A stretch of DNA of 52,377 nucleotides from the IMG/VR virus record IMGVR_UViG_3300032294_001087, positions 1 through 52,377 of that record; one strand, written 5' to 3'. This document shows, piece after piece, positions 8,586-19,100 of this stretch. Position 1 is the first letter of the stretch. Each line of letters begins with the position of its first letter. The position numbers and the translations under genes are program-made. The notes under the pieces were generated by a model. The model worked only from the letters and a program-made list of their open reading frames with translations. It was not told the DNA's origin and made no database searches. Source of the DNA: a virus (lineage: Duplodnaviria > Caudoviricetes).

Positions 8586-9904
8586 TTATATTGAACACCT
8601 GTGGTCAGGTTGCTTACATATTGTAACGTATTATCAGTCTGGCTGTCAAATGATACTACCCAACGAGTACCGTTGTATTGAATTATATCATTAGCGTATG
8701 CTACTAGTGCAGAACCATCTGACCCGCGCCATGCTACTGCATCATCTCCGGGAGCATTATTATAACTACCAATATTTTCTAGTATTAGATAACGTGTTCC
8801 GTTTGCAGGATTGGCAATACTTGCAGGATCTACGGTCTTAGGGTTAATAATAGCATCGATAGCCGTTAGTGTATTAGTTGGTTTGGTGTCTATATCAACA
8901 TTAAATATTAACTGCGTAGGGTCACTGGGATTATACGCTACAGTACCAATAACTTCAGTATAACCATCTTCTTGAAGTAATCGAACTTGACTAATACCGT
9001 TTTGTAGCTCACCATATAAATTAATTAGTTTGTGCCAGTTATCTTTTGTGCCAACTTTAGTCTGTGGCTCTACAGTGGGGTCTCTAGGATCTGCAAACTC
9101 ACTAATTTTTAGCAAGGTAAGACTGTTATTGATTAACAAGACGCCATACATTAAAGGAGTAAAGTATTGACGAGCACCTAACAGATTGTCTTCACTGTAG
9201 ACAGCGTCACTTAAATTACCATCTGCATCATGTATGCTGGCAATAATTTTTTGTATAACTCCAAGTTTTTTAACTTTAGCCGGAGGACTGATCCATACAG
9301 GAAGTTTAAATGTTAAGGTAGCAACATCGATTGGATTTTCAGTGCCAATAGGGACACTCCGACTAGTCCAATTAGGACTATCCAAATATACTACGCTAAG
9401 ACTAGTCCAATCAATGTAGTTGTCTGTACTTTGTATTTCTAAAGCAGGATTAAACAGCACAATTAATTGTTCTAACAACTGTAGTTTTTGTTTAGTGTTG
9501 CTGGTCCATATATCTAATTTAAGTTCTATTGTATAAGGCACAGGCATCATACGCTCAATGGTAAAGGCATTACCTTGACGATTTTCGTATTCCTGAGTGG
9601 CTTCGTTGTAATAGCGTTCACGAATATTCATGTGCCCGACAAAGGTTGGTTCCTGTACGCGATCCCTATCATAGGTAATATTGTTAATGTACACAGTCAT
9701 AGCAGGCACTGTTGGTAGTACACTACCTGCTGAGTTATTGTTTAAGATCATTTGTACCTGACGACTACTATCACCCCAGTATACAGGAACACGCTGTAGA
9801 GTACTGTTACCAAATTCAATTTGGAAACCCGATACCATTCGGATGAACTGTGCTAGGAAACGCTCGATCTGAGCATCATAAAAAAATTGGTTTAAAGCTG
9901 CCAT
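8513..9904 (-). CDS. gp15: Tail terminator/sheath stabiliser, T4 gp15-like, with C-terminal extension
   Basis: FYD.QI.RF, RVPVYWG and PVPYTIELKLDIW...QLLEQL..LFNP motifs, downstream of a gp14-like gene. Confidence 0.75.
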   Translation of the reverse strand: MAALNQFFYDAQIERFLAQFIRMVSGFQIEFGNSTLQRVPVYWGDSSRQVQMILNNNSAGSVLPTVPAMTVYINNITYDRDRVQEPTFVGHMNIRERYYNEATQEYENRQGNAFTIERMMPVPYTIELKLDIWTSNTKQKLQLLEQLIVLFNPALEIQSTDNYIDWTSLSVVYLDSPNWTSRSVPIGTENPIDVATLTFKLPVWISPPAKVKKLGVIQKIIASIHDADGNLSDAVYSEDNLLGARQYFTPLMYGVLLINNSLTLLKISEFADPRDPTVEPQTKVGTKDNWHKLINLYGELQNGISQVRLLQEDGYTEVIGTVAYNPSDPTQLIFNVDIDTKPTNTLTAIDAIINPKTVDPASIANPANGTRYLILENIGSYNNAPGDDAVAWRGSDGSALVAYANDIIQYNGTRWVVSFDSQTDNTLQYVSNLTTGVQYKWNGNQWLKSYEGEYKEGSWTLVL

Positions 9905-11358
9905 TATAAGTTATCCGCTGAAGGACGTAGGATTTGGCTCAGACCCTGACGTTGATTAATCACATGAGTATAAACTGTATACTCTAAAAAGTCTCCAATC
10001 TTTGGTTGACTTGTAATTGTAAAACTTACATTACCACTGGTGTTGCCCATAGTGTTAACAATAGGAATACCATTGAGTTTTGTTCGTATACCATATGTAC
10101 TTACATAAGACACCTTGGTTACTACAGTAGCATATGGACTTACGTTGCTTAGTGTAAACGAAATAGTAGACGCATTGGCTGGTGCTGTGTATGGACTTGA
10201 TACACGTATACCATCCCAGGCTACTGCATTGCTCATAAACTTCTCTTGGTTGTTTACAAAGCCACTACGTTGGGTAGTATTGTTTATGCCCGGTGTTAGA
10301 TTTGTACGCACTGCGTCCTCTACTTTAACCCAACGACGTCCATCATAACGAAATAGTCGATTTGGCACATAATCTAAGCGTAGATAGTAATCACCTTGAT
10401 TTGGACTAGTGGGGAAACTAAGGCCTGCGGCCACACTGTAACCATTTGGTGGCAGACCATCCCCAGTTAGGTAACCTTCTACCTTAACTGTGGATGTTAG
10501 GTATTGATCGCTAGCGTCATCTACAGTAGAACTAGCATCAATAACACTGCCATTTAAGATATGTGTTGCTTGGCTAGCATCTAAAGCACTAGGATCGCTA
10601 GGCAAGTGATCAGAACCCACTGCTAGAGTATAAATTGTACTGGTATCGTATCCTGATTTAGGAACATCATCCTCTGCACGTTGCACCACAGCGTCATTAA
10701 TTTCAATGAGTTTGTTGTAGGTGCTGAGTAAGTCTGTAAGTGCTTGATCTTTGTCGTCAACAACACCATCGCCGTTCATATCAAGATTATTGATAATATC
10801 TTTGTATTCTTGGCTGTCTACGAGTGGTTGTAATTTAACACGCCATAGATGCGGATACCAAAGAGGACTAAATCCTTCTGCGGCACGAGTAGCATCTTGA
10901 ACTACGTAAAAACGTTTAAGTGCCACTGGGATTGTGTCATCTAAGGGGTAGTAGTCTTTTAAGAAAGGCATTTCTAGTACATCGCCTACCATGATCTTAC
11001 GACCCAGGGTGTCAAGCATGTCGTTTAAGTGAAATACTGCAAATATAGTGTCACCAGTCAAAAATAAGCCAAACTGTGTTAAATCAAAATCACTATCGTT
11101 AACACGGAATAGTGTTCGCATGGTATAGATACTGGTATCATACTTGCGATCTCTATTTTCTAAGAATAGTAAATCTTGGATAGCAGTAACGCCAGTTGTA
11201 CCTGGTTCGGTATTGCTAACAAATCCTGTAGCCGCTGGCCCAAGATATTTGTGTAGATTAATATCAACACCGCCAACAGTGAACATTTCACTAATGGTTT
11301 GGTCAAAAAATTGATAATCGTTGCCTTTATTTGGCCTATATAAACTTAAACGAGGCAT
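9904..11358 (-). CDS. gp14: Neck/head-closure protein, T4 gp14-like, with C-terminal extension
   Basis: ISEMFTVGGVDINLHKY, LTQFGLFL.GD and GDVLEMP motifs, coupled to the gp15-like gene. Confidence 0.65.
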   Translation of the reverse strand: MPRLSLYRPNKGNDYQFFDQTISEMFTVGGVDINLHKYLGPAATGFVSNTEPGTTGVTAIQDLLFLENRDRKYDTSIYTMRTLFRVNDSDFDLTQFGLFLTGDTIFAVFHLNDMLDTLGRKIMVGDVLEMPFLKDYYPLDDTIPVALKRFYVVQDATRAAEGFSPLWYPHLWRVKLQPLVDSQEYKDIINNLDMNGDGVVDDKDQALTDLLSTYNKLIEINDAVVQRAEDDVPKSGYDTSTIYTLAVGSDHLPSDPSALDASQATHILNGSVIDASSTVDDASDQYLTSTVKVEGYLTGDGLPPNGYSVAAGLSFPTSPNQGDYYLRLDYVPNRLFRYDGRRWVKVEDAVRTNLTPGINNTTQRSGFVNNQEKFMSNAVAWDGIRVSSPYTAPANASTISFTLSNVSPYATVVTKVSYVSTYGIRTKLNGIPIVNTMGNTSGNVSFTITSQPKIGDFLEYTVYTHVINQRQGLSQILRPSADNL

Positions 11359-11379
11359 TAACTTGTCCTAATTATCTAG

Positions 11380-11386
11380 TATTTAT
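11380..11386 (-). promoter_or_regulatory. T4-like late promoter for the inverted block
   Basis: tatttat on + equals ATAAATA on -, upstream of ATG 11358. Confidence 0.7.
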
Positions 11387-11391
11387 CGACA

Positions 11392-11420
11392 TTGACAACT
11401 ACACCAAAATGTGTTATACT
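11392..11420 (+). promoter_or_regulatory. Sigma70 (early) promoter
   Basis: TTGACA-N17-TATACT with extended -10 TG. Confidence 0.85.
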
Positions 11421-11425
11421 GTATT

Positions 11426-11692
11426 ATGGCTGAAATTACTCAGAGTTTAGATTGGGCTGAAGTGCAGATAGCACTAGAAGCACCTGCACATAGGATGAAA
11501 CGCTACACTGGCGATATGCTGAAAATGAGCAGTGCTATAGGACACATGGTTAAAAAACTGTCAGAAGAAGAAATTAACTGCCGCAGGCAAGGTCGCCAGA
11601 CCCAACGACACAAGGAATTGTTAGTACAAATCAACCAAGAAATAGCTAATTATGAAGCATATCTTACTTTTGGTGTTCTATTAAATGGTTGA
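11426..11692 (+). CDS. Hypothetical early protein, probably leaderless
   Basis: ATG 11426 follows the -10 box by 5 nt. The listed GTG 11411 lies inside the promoter. Confidence 0.7.
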   Translation: MAEITQSLDWAEVQIALEAPAHRMKRYTGDMLKMSSAIGHMVKKLSEEEINCRRQGRQTQRHKELLVQINQEIANYEAYLTFGVLLNG

Positions 11693-11717
11693 CAAATCTA
11701 CCAAAAGATAGTATAAT
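11689..11717 (+). promoter_or_regulatory. Sigma70 (early) promoter
   Basis: Perfect TTGACA-N17-TATAAT. Confidence 0.9.
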
Positions 11718-11740
11718 ACACATAATAAAGGAGTGACTAA

Positions 11741-11965
11741 ATGCATGATTTTATTAGAAAACTATGGGATAGCAAGGCCACAATAGCTGTTATATTGTGG
11801 ATAGCCGTATTTGCTTGGGCCTACAATTTAGATTGGGTTAAAAAGCCAATCGTCCAACATAAGCCCATTGGTAGGACTATCGAAGAAATCATGGCTACTC
11901 CGGTGGACACTGTCCAACAAGCCCCCTGGGACAACGATTTTAAATCAGCAGTGGAGCCTATCTAA
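11741..11965 (+). CDS. Small membrane-anchored hypothetical protein
   Basis: SD AAGGAG, hydrophobic segment ATIAVILWIAVFAWAY. Confidence 0.75.
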   Translation: MHDFIRKLWDSKATIAVILWIAVFAWAYNLDWVKKPIVQHKPIGRTIEEIMATPVDTVQQAPWDNDFKSAVEPI

Positions 11966-12138
11966 TGGAATATAAATGGAGCCAACCCTACCCTGGTGAA
12001 AGCCGTTATGAACGATTGTTCCGTGCTCAACGTATCCTACAGCTATCACGCCACGTCATGCTGTTAGACACTGTTGAGCCAGTCAAAGATTTAACAGAAG
12101 CGAATAAATATCTCATGAAGTTTAGATTGGAGAAATAG
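11965..12138 (+). CDS. 57-aa hypothetical protein (absent from the ORF track)
   Basis: TAATG overlap with the upstream stop, SD GGAG, MEYKWSQPYPGESRYERLFRAQ...FRLEK. Confidence 0.7.
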   Translation: MEYKWSQPYPGESRYERLFRAQRILQLSRHVMLLDTVEPVKDLTEANKYLMKFRLEK

Positions 12139-12139
12139 T

Positions 12140-12352
12140 ATGGGAACACCTGTATATATGGAAATAGAAGAAGCCTATAGCATCGTCCAATGGCACGGTG
12201 AAGAATATGGCCATCGCAATCTCTTTGGAGCCCTAAACAGCATGGAAGAAAATTGGGATGATCTAGACAGCATGGAACGTGCGGCCTACAAGCAGGTCAA
12301 ACGTGAATTAGAAAAAAGTATAGTCGAATCTGAAGGTGGGTCTATTGACTAG
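12140..12352 (+). CDS. Hypothetical protein
   Basis: SD GGAG, tightly packed in the early operon. Confidence 0.7.
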   Translation: MGTPVYMEIEEAYSIVQWHGEEYGHRNLFGALNSMEENWDDLDSMERAAYKQVKRELEKSIVESEGGSID

Positions 12353-12545
12353 TGCAGAAGCACATCAACAGGCGTTAGAGCATGAACAATGGGCGAACGA
12401 ACATCATGAGTGTTCGGTTTGCTCTTGTGACTACACCGATGACGAAGGCGGTATCACAGGTTATATAGGTATATTGCCGGCTAGTTTCTGTCCAACTTGC
12501 CTAAGTGGTATAATTGATATGGTTGAACAGTTGACAGCAGAATAA
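12336..12545 (+). CDS. Small zinc-finger-like protein
   Basis: CSVC...CPTC cysteine pairs, GTG start. Confidence 0.6.
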   Translation: MGLLTSAEAHQQALEHEQWANEHHECSVCSCDYTDDEGGITGYIGILPASFCPTCLSGIIDMVEQLTAE

Positions 12546-12558
12546 AATCCTGTATAAT
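12531..12558 (+). promoter_or_regulatory. Sigma70 (early) promoter
   Basis: TTGACA-N16-TATAAT. Confidence 0.75.
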
Positions 12559-12582
12559 TAAGTTTAAATAAGAGAGGACACG

Positions 12583-13770
12583 ATGGCGATCAAGATTGAC
12601 GGAATGAAAAAGAAAGCTAAAATTGCCAATATCAATTTCAGCGATGAAAAATACACTGGTACAGAACCTAAATGGGACTATGATCGTGCCTTGACTTTTT
12701 CAGATGAAGAATTTGACCATCACCTACGTAAGAGTTTCCGTTACTATAACTATTACTACAGTCCCAAAGATCTTAAAAAATATGTAGTAGCTTGGTTGCG
12801 CCAACACGAAGGTGATAAGGGTGTTCATGTCTTAGACAAAACCACTATCGATCAATATGCACGTTCAGCAGATAATCTCACACCATTTACCGTCTGCGCT
12901 TTAATCAAAGCCCACGAACAGGGAATGCCTTTGCGTGACAAACACGTAGAATATATCCTTGATGCTATTAAGCGTGTGCTATTATTAAAGGTAGATGAAG
13001 AAGAGGAAGAAAAGAAAATAGACGCTAAACCTCAAGTAAAGATTCCGACGATCCAAGATCGCATGAACGAAGTAGCTAAGAAACATATCCTTTATTTTGA
13101 GATCCTTGAAGATACACTATTCGCAGGCGAAACTGTAGACCCTAAAGCCTATGAATATCTAGTCAAGAACACGGTACCACAGGCATTGATAGGTAAGATA
13201 CAGGCAGTGTTTGAGCCACGCTATGCTGAACTTAAAGAAGCACGCAAAGGCGAATGCGAACAGCTAAAAGAAGCTTACAGCCACTACAAAGCCGCAGACT
13301 ATAAACGCTGTGAAGCATTCTATGACCGATTATTCCAAGACCTAGCCGCTTACAATCAGACTAAGAAAGCCACAAAGAAAGCCGCAGTACGCAAACCACC
13401 ACAAAAAGAAAAACTAGTCAAGGGCTTGAAATATCTCAAACAAGACACTGCACTCAAGATCGTGTCAATTAATCCAGTAGACATCGTTGGTGCAGAAGTC
13501 TTATGGGTCTACAATGTTAAAAATCGCAAGTTAGGCAAATATGTAGCAGAAGCCATGGGTGGTGTACTAGGTGTTAAAGGTACTACGATCACAGGCTACG
13601 ACGCTAACAAAAGTACACAAAAAACACTACGTAAACCGGATGAACAGATCAAACAATTCCTAGCTTCAAGTAAAGTTGAATTACGCAAGTATCTTGAAAA
13701 TATCAGGACCACAGAGATCAAACTCAACGGACGTATCAACGCTGATACTATCTTACTAAAAGCAAACTAA
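12583..13770 (+). CDS. Conserved T4-like phage protein of unknown function
   Basis: SD GAGGA. C-terminal LWVYN.K.RKL..Y...GVKGTTI...KTLRKP...LNGRIN...ILL pattern recognised from T4-like phages. Confidence 0.7.
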   Translation: MAIKIDGMKKKAKIANINFSDEKYTGTEPKWDYDRALTFSDEEFDHHLRKSFRYYNYYYSPKDLKKYVVAWLRQHEGDKGVHVLDKTTIDQYARSADNLTPFTVCALIKAHEQGMPLRDKHVEYILDAIKRVLLLKVDEEEEEKKIDAKPQVKIPTIQDRMNEVAKKHILYFEILEDTLFAGETVDPKAYEYLVKNTVPQALIGKIQAVFEPRYAELKEARKGECEQLKEAYSHYKAADYKRCEAFYDRLFQDLAAYNQTKKATKKAAVRKPPQKEKLVKGLKYLKQDTALKIVSINPVDIVGAEVLWVYNVKNRKLGKYVAEAMGGVLGVKGTTITGYDANKSTQKTLRKPDEQIKQFLASSKVELRKYLENIRTTEIKLNGRINADTILLKAN

Positions 13771-13786
13771 TCCCCTCAAGATAGCG

Positions 13787-13832
13787 AAATTATCCTGTTG
13801 TCGATAATAAATACACGATAACAGGATAATTT
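13787..13832 (+). promoter_or_regulatory. 17-bp hairpin masking the SD, with a late promoter (13807-13813) in its loop
   Basis: aaattatcctgttgtcg / cgataacaggataattt (one G-U pair), loop ataATAAATAca, SD AGGA in the right arm. Confidence 0.8.
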
Positions 13833-13834
13833 AA

Positions 13835-15028
13835 ATGTCTTTACTTCCAGCAAACGTTTCAGCAACCGGTAATCTAACTGCTACATTAAGTATGCAGACT
13901 GAAAGTCTGTATAATCCATACACAGGTACAGGTGCTGGACACATAGCATTTGATGCCAATTTAGCCGCACAGTTGACCACAGTACAAAGTCAACAAAATT
14001 CTATTATTGATTATATCCGTTTGCGATTAGGTTACGGCATGATTGATGTCGAAGCAGACAAAGAACACTTTGACATGGGAATCAAACAAGCACTTATTCG
14101 CTATCGTCAACGATCAAGTAACAGTGTAGAAGAAAGCTATGCTTTCTTAGACCTATACCCCGAAACACAAGAATACGTTCTTCCTAATACTGTCATGGAT
14201 GTAAAACAAGTATTTCGTCGTGGTATTGGTAGTGTCACTGGTACAACTGCTAGCCAATTTGAACCCTTTGCTAGCGGCTACCTCAACACTTATATGCTAG
14301 TAGCAGGTCGTGTTGGCGGCCTAACTAATTATGAATTGTTTGTAGATTATCAAAAACTTGCTATGAAAATGTTTGGCGGCTTTATGAATTTTACATGGAA
14401 TAAAGTCACCAAGAAACTAACTATTGTTCGCAAGATGCCTTTCCAAGGCGCTGGTGCTACCTTGAGATTAAAGAGCCTAACTGCTAGTGGTACTGCACCA
14501 GGTAGTACAGTTACTTTCCAAATTTCTAGTCAAGGTCCTTGGTCAGGAGTTAGTGTTGGCAGTACTGTTTCCATTACAAACTGCCCAGTTGCTGGCTATA
14601 ACGGTACATATACTATTACCAGTGTAGACCCTACACAGCAGATCTTTACATTTTTAAATACTGCGGCATTAGGTGCTACAGTTGTCAACGACATGTCTCT
14701 AGCCTCAACTTTTGTAAGTAGTCCAAGCAGTCCAGATAATGCTGTGACAGAAACAGTATTGCTATGGATCTACAACTACAAACCAGACATTATGTTGTTA
14801 AACGATCCCCAGGCATTTCCTTGGATCCAAGACTATGCTCTGGCATTAGTCATGATTTCAATTGGTCAAGCACGTGAAAAATTTGCATCAATCGCAGGTC
14901 CACAAGGCGGTACTAGTCTAAACGGTCAGGCACTTAAACAAGAAGGTGCAGAGCTATTAAAAGATCTAGATGAACAGATTAAAAATTACGTCGACGGTGG
15001 TCAACCATTAACCTGGATAATGGGTTAA
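13835..15028 (+). CDS. gp13: Neck/head-tail adaptor, T4 gp13-like, with an inserted beta domain
   Basis: IIDYIRLRLGYGMIDVE, WIQDYALAL....G..R.KF and GG..LNG..LK.EG..L motifs. Confidence 0.75.
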   Translation: MSLLPANVSATGNLTATLSMQTESLYNPYTGTGAGHIAFDANLAAQLTTVQSQQNSIIDYIRLRLGYGMIDVEADKEHFDMGIKQALIRYRQRSSNSVEESYAFLDLYPETQEYVLPNTVMDVKQVFRRGIGSVTGTTASQFEPFASGYLNTYMLVAGRVGGLTNYELFVDYQKLAMKMFGGFMNFTWNKVTKKLTIVRKMPFQGAGATLRLKSLTASGTAPGSTVTFQISSQGPWSGVSVGSTVSITNCPVAGYNGTYTITSVDPTQQIFTFLNTAALGATVVNDMSLASTFVSSPSSPDNAVTETVLLWIYNYKPDIMLLNDPQAFPWIQDYALALVMISIGQAREKFASIAGPQGGTSLNGQALKQEGAELLKDLDEQIKNYVDGGQPLTWIMG

Positions 15029-15034
15029 AAACTC

Positions 15035-15063
15035 TAGACTTCGGCAGTAAATTCCCGTAAAAT
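15035..15063 (+). promoter_or_regulatory. Sigma70-like promoter
   Basis: TAGACT-N17-TAAAAT before SD AAGGAG. Confidence 0.55.
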
Positions 15064-15086
15064 AGTATATCAACTAAGGAGTAGCT

Positions 15087-15791
15087 ATGAGTCAAATCAT
15101 TGGTATCTGTGGACTAATTGGTGCGGGCAAGGACACAGTAGCAGATTATCTGGTTAACCTACACGAATTCCGCAGAGAAAGTTTCGCCAACAGCCTCAAA
15201 GACAGCGTGGCCGCTGTGTTTGGATGGAATCGCGAACTACTAGAAGGTCGCACCAAACAATCAAGAGAGTGGAGAGAGCAAGTAGATGAATTCTGGGCTA
15301 ATCGCTTGAAGATGCCCAAACTAACTCCACGCTGGGTCTTACAGTACTGGGGTACAGAAGTTTGCCGCAAATCCTTCCACGATGATATCTGGGTAGCCAG
15401 TTTAGAAAATCGCTTGCGACAAAGCAAAGATGACATCGTCATTACTGATTGTCGATTTCCTAACGAACTCAAGGCCATACGCAAAGCTGGAGGTAAGATT
15501 ATACGTGTCAAACGTGGTGCAGAACCCGAATGGTACGATGATGCTGTCAGCATGAACAAAGGGCCTAGCCGTAACATGAGTTGGGCTTTAAGTAAACATA
15601 ACATTGAAAAACTTAAGATACATGCTAGTGAAACTGCTTGGATTGGTAGTAAGTTTGATGCAGTATTAGATAATAACGGTTCGTTAGATGAATTATACCT
15701 ACAGATAGAACAAATATTAGTTAAAAATCAGGAACTAGATCACCCTGACGCCACCCAAGACCCTCTTTCGCTATTTCAAACTGACAGTTAG
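15087..15791 (+). CDS. Deoxynucleoside monophosphate kinase (T4 gp1-like)
   Basis: IIGICGLIGAGKDT P-loop, SFA..LK, TPR.VLQYWGTE and ITDCRFPNE motifs. Confidence 0.92.
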   Translation: MSQIIGICGLIGAGKDTVADYLVNLHEFRRESFANSLKDSVAAVFGWNRELLEGRTKQSREWREQVDEFWANRLKMPKLTPRWVLQYWGTEVCRKSFHDDIWVASLENRLRQSKDDIVITDCRFPNELKAIRKAGGKIIRVKRGAEPEWYDDAVSMNKGPSRNMSWALSKHNIEKLKIHASETAWIGSKFDAVLDNNGSLDELYLQIEQILVKNQELDHPDATQDPLSLFQTDS

Positions 15792-16071
15792 CACAGATTG
15801 TTTTTAAATTAGGTAAACTATTATTATTTAGATTTCCGTCAATATAATAGACAAATACTTGCTCTTTGTATTTTGCCTTAAAGCCGCACTTTTCACAGTG
15901 CGGTTTCTTTTTGTAGCCTGTCTTGTGCCAACTAGGTATCGGAGCAGGTAATTTTTTCTTTTTACGAATACAACTATCACATCGACTACGGTAATAGGTC
16001 TTATCCCACATCTTATAGTTGACTGCGCAGGGCTTTTTACCACAAACTTCGCATAATTTTCTATATTCCAT
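15721..16071 (-). CDS. Zn-finger/HNH-like protein with a degenerate active site
   Basis: CEVC..RCDSC and CEKC...VYYIDGNLNNNSLPNLKTICANC. Start placed at ATG 16071, just downstream of a late promoter. Confidence 0.7.
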   Translation of the reverse strand: MEYRKLCEVCGKKPCAVNYKMWDKTYYRSRCDSCIRKKKKLPAPIPSWHKTGYKKKPHCEKCGFKAKYKEQVFVYYIDGNLNNNSLPNLKTICANCQFEIAKEGLGWRQGDLVPDF

Positions 16072-16076
16072 ACTAG

Positions 16077-16083
16077 TATTTAT
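16077..16083 (-). promoter_or_regulatory. T4-like late promoter
   Basis: ATAAATA on the minus strand. Confidence 0.65.
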
Positions 16084-16132
16084 GGGTGAACCTTTCAAAG
16101 GGCACTTTAAACCATTGATTTAACCAAATAAT

Positions 16133-16140
16133 TATAAATA
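16133..16140 (+). promoter_or_regulatory. T4 late promoter, full consensus
   Basis: TATAAATA upstream of the sheath gene (SD GAGGA). Confidence 0.8.
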
Positions 16141-16176
16141 GTTTAAAGCAGTATTATTATAGAGGAATACTAAACT

Positions 16177-19100
16177 ATGGCATCATTAACTTCACCTGGC
16201 GTATCAGTTACCATAATTGATCAAAGCCAATATGTAACTACTCAGGCAGGTACAGTTCCTTTCGTGCTAGTAGCAACAGCACAAGACAAACAAACCCCAA
16301 GTGGCACTCTTGCTACAGGAACTACTATTGCTAACGCAGAAAAAATTATTACAGTAACTAGTCAGCGTGATCTAGTTAATATCTTTGGCAATCCATTTTT
16401 TGAAGTCGACGCTGCTGGAAATCCAGTTAACGACAGTCAACGAAACGAATACGGTTTGCTTGCCGCTTACTCTGCACTAGGTTCTACAAATACTATCTAC
16501 ATACAACGTGCTAATGTAAATCTTTCAGAACTAGAAGGCACAAGTACACGTCCAACAGGTGAACCATCAGATGGTACATATTGGTTAGATACCGGAAATA
16601 CCAACTGGGGTGTATACGAATGGTCGATCGACAATGGATTTATTAGTCAACAAACTAATATCACCGTAATTACTGATTCAGATTATCTAAGTGGTGGTGT
16701 TCCTTTAAGCACATTTGGCAGTATCGGCGATTATGCTGTAGTAGCAACTAGCTCAAGTAATCCAATTTACTATAAAGGTTATAATAATAACTGGGTGTTA
16801 GTAGGTGGTGATAGCTGGAAATCAGTAGTTCCAACAGTAGTCGGTACAGTGGCTAATCCAACAATTACTAATGGTAGTAGAATTATTATTAATGGTAATG
16901 TTGTAAGTGTAAGCGGAACTACAGCAGCATCTGCCGCAACTGCGATTAATGCCGCTTTAAATCCTAATGGAGTTAGTGCTCAAGTTAATACAACAGGACA
17001 GTTAGAACTATTTGTAAACGGAGCTACTATTATCTATAGTAATGCAGCAGGTAATCTCCGAGGAAGTATTGACACTGCAACTAGTTCACCGTCTACTCTA
17101 CAGATTACTAGAGGATCTGTTTTAGGATTTACTGATTGCGCCGCAAACTTGGGTGTTCTAAACGCTAATATCGGCCCTACTATTAGTAATGGCGGTAACA
17201 CATATACATACAATGGCCCAACTATATCTTTTGCTGGATATACTAATCCACCAGCATGGAGACCAACAGATGTTACTCCTAGACCAGATGGTTCAATTTG
17301 GTTAAAAACATCAGCAACAGGCAATGGTGCAAATTGGGCTATTAAAGAATACGATGCTACTTTAGAGACTTGGAATCTGCTTGCTGCACCATTATATGCA
17401 AGTGACTCTGCCGCAATTAATGGATTAGATCCTGTAAGCGGTGGAGCAGGATTGCCTGCAGGAACTCTTTATGTGCAATATGATACTTTAGGCACACAAA
17501 CTACAACCTTCCGTCCTTATATTAAAGCAGTAAGTGGTATATTATCTATTACCGGTACAGTGGCTGGCGGCACTGCAACTTATGTAAATGGTGATAGTTT
17601 TAGATTAGATGTTAGCGTTCCAGGTAGTGCTACATTAGCTAATGCAACAATCGTTCTAAGCGGAACTACTGCAAGTGCGTTTGTTGGCGGTATTTTGGGT
17701 GCAGGATTACCAAATATCACAGCAGGATTTAACTCTAGTGGACAGATTTTCCTACGTCACTTAGCTGGCGGTACTATTTTAATGACGCAGATTGGTGGCA
17801 ACGCTTCATTAGTAACATCTGGATTAACATCAGATACTAATGTACAGACATTAGTAGCAGGCACTTTATTTTTAGCAAGTCCATTTACACCGTTAACATA
17901 CAATTACGGTGATACTGCTCCGTTTAGCAATCCAGCAGAAAATACATTGTGGTACTACAGTGATCCTACTGAAGTAGACGTTATGATGCATGATGGTACA
18001 GGATGGAGAGGTTACCGACTTGTTTCCAACGATGCACGTGGTTACAATCTGACAGTGACAGACCCTAACGGTCCTATCTTAAGTGCAAGTCAACCAACAA
18101 CACAAAGTGATGAAACACAACTTGTTCCAGGTGACCTATGGATTGACACTGGCGATCTTGCTAATTTCCCTGTAATCTATCGCTACAACGGAATTTCATG
18201 GGATCTAATAGATAACACAGACAATGTTGAATCTGACGGCATTCTATTTGCAGATGCACGATGGTCTGCTACAGGTAATGTAAACATTATTACTGATACA
18301 TTGCCAACTATTACTAGCCTATTGACTAGCGACCATTTAGATCCAGATGCTCCTGATTACCAATTATACGCTCGTGGTACACTGTTATTCAACACACGTC
18401 GTTCTGGTTACAATGTAAAACGCTTCAAAGCAAACTACTTTACAGACGCTGAATTAGCTGTAGTAAGTGCTACTGAAGCCGACGCATGGGTAACTTTCAG
18501 CGGTGAAGATCCAACTACTGGTGTTCCGTATTTTGGTTATAAATCACAGCGCAGTGTAGTAACACGTGCGATGAAATCTGCTATTGCCTCTAGCACAACA
18601 CTACGCGAAGAACAAACGCAGTTTAACTTAATCTGTGCTCCTGGATACACAGAACTAATCCAAGACATGATTACACTTAATAATGATCGTCTAAACACAG
18701 CGTTTATTATAGGTGATAGTCCGTTAGATCTACCATCAGACAGCACAACGTTAGATAACTGGGCAAAAAATGCTAATCTAGCGGCAGACAATGGCGAAGA
18801 TGGTCTTGTTAGTCGCAGTGAATACTTAGGTGTTTATTATCCAAGCGGCTTAGCAACTAACCTAGACGGTAACAGTGTTGCTGTACCACCTAGTCACATG
18901 ATGCTACGCACAATAATCCGCAGTGACGCAGTCAGCTATCCGTGGTTTGCACCAGCTGGTGTACGTCGTGGCTTAATTGACAACGTGTCAAGTATCGGTT
19001 ATGTTGATCGTAATAACGATAATGTTTGGGTAAGTATTGGGGTAACAGAAGGTCTACGCGATATTCTATACACAAATAGTGTTAACCCATTAACAGTATT

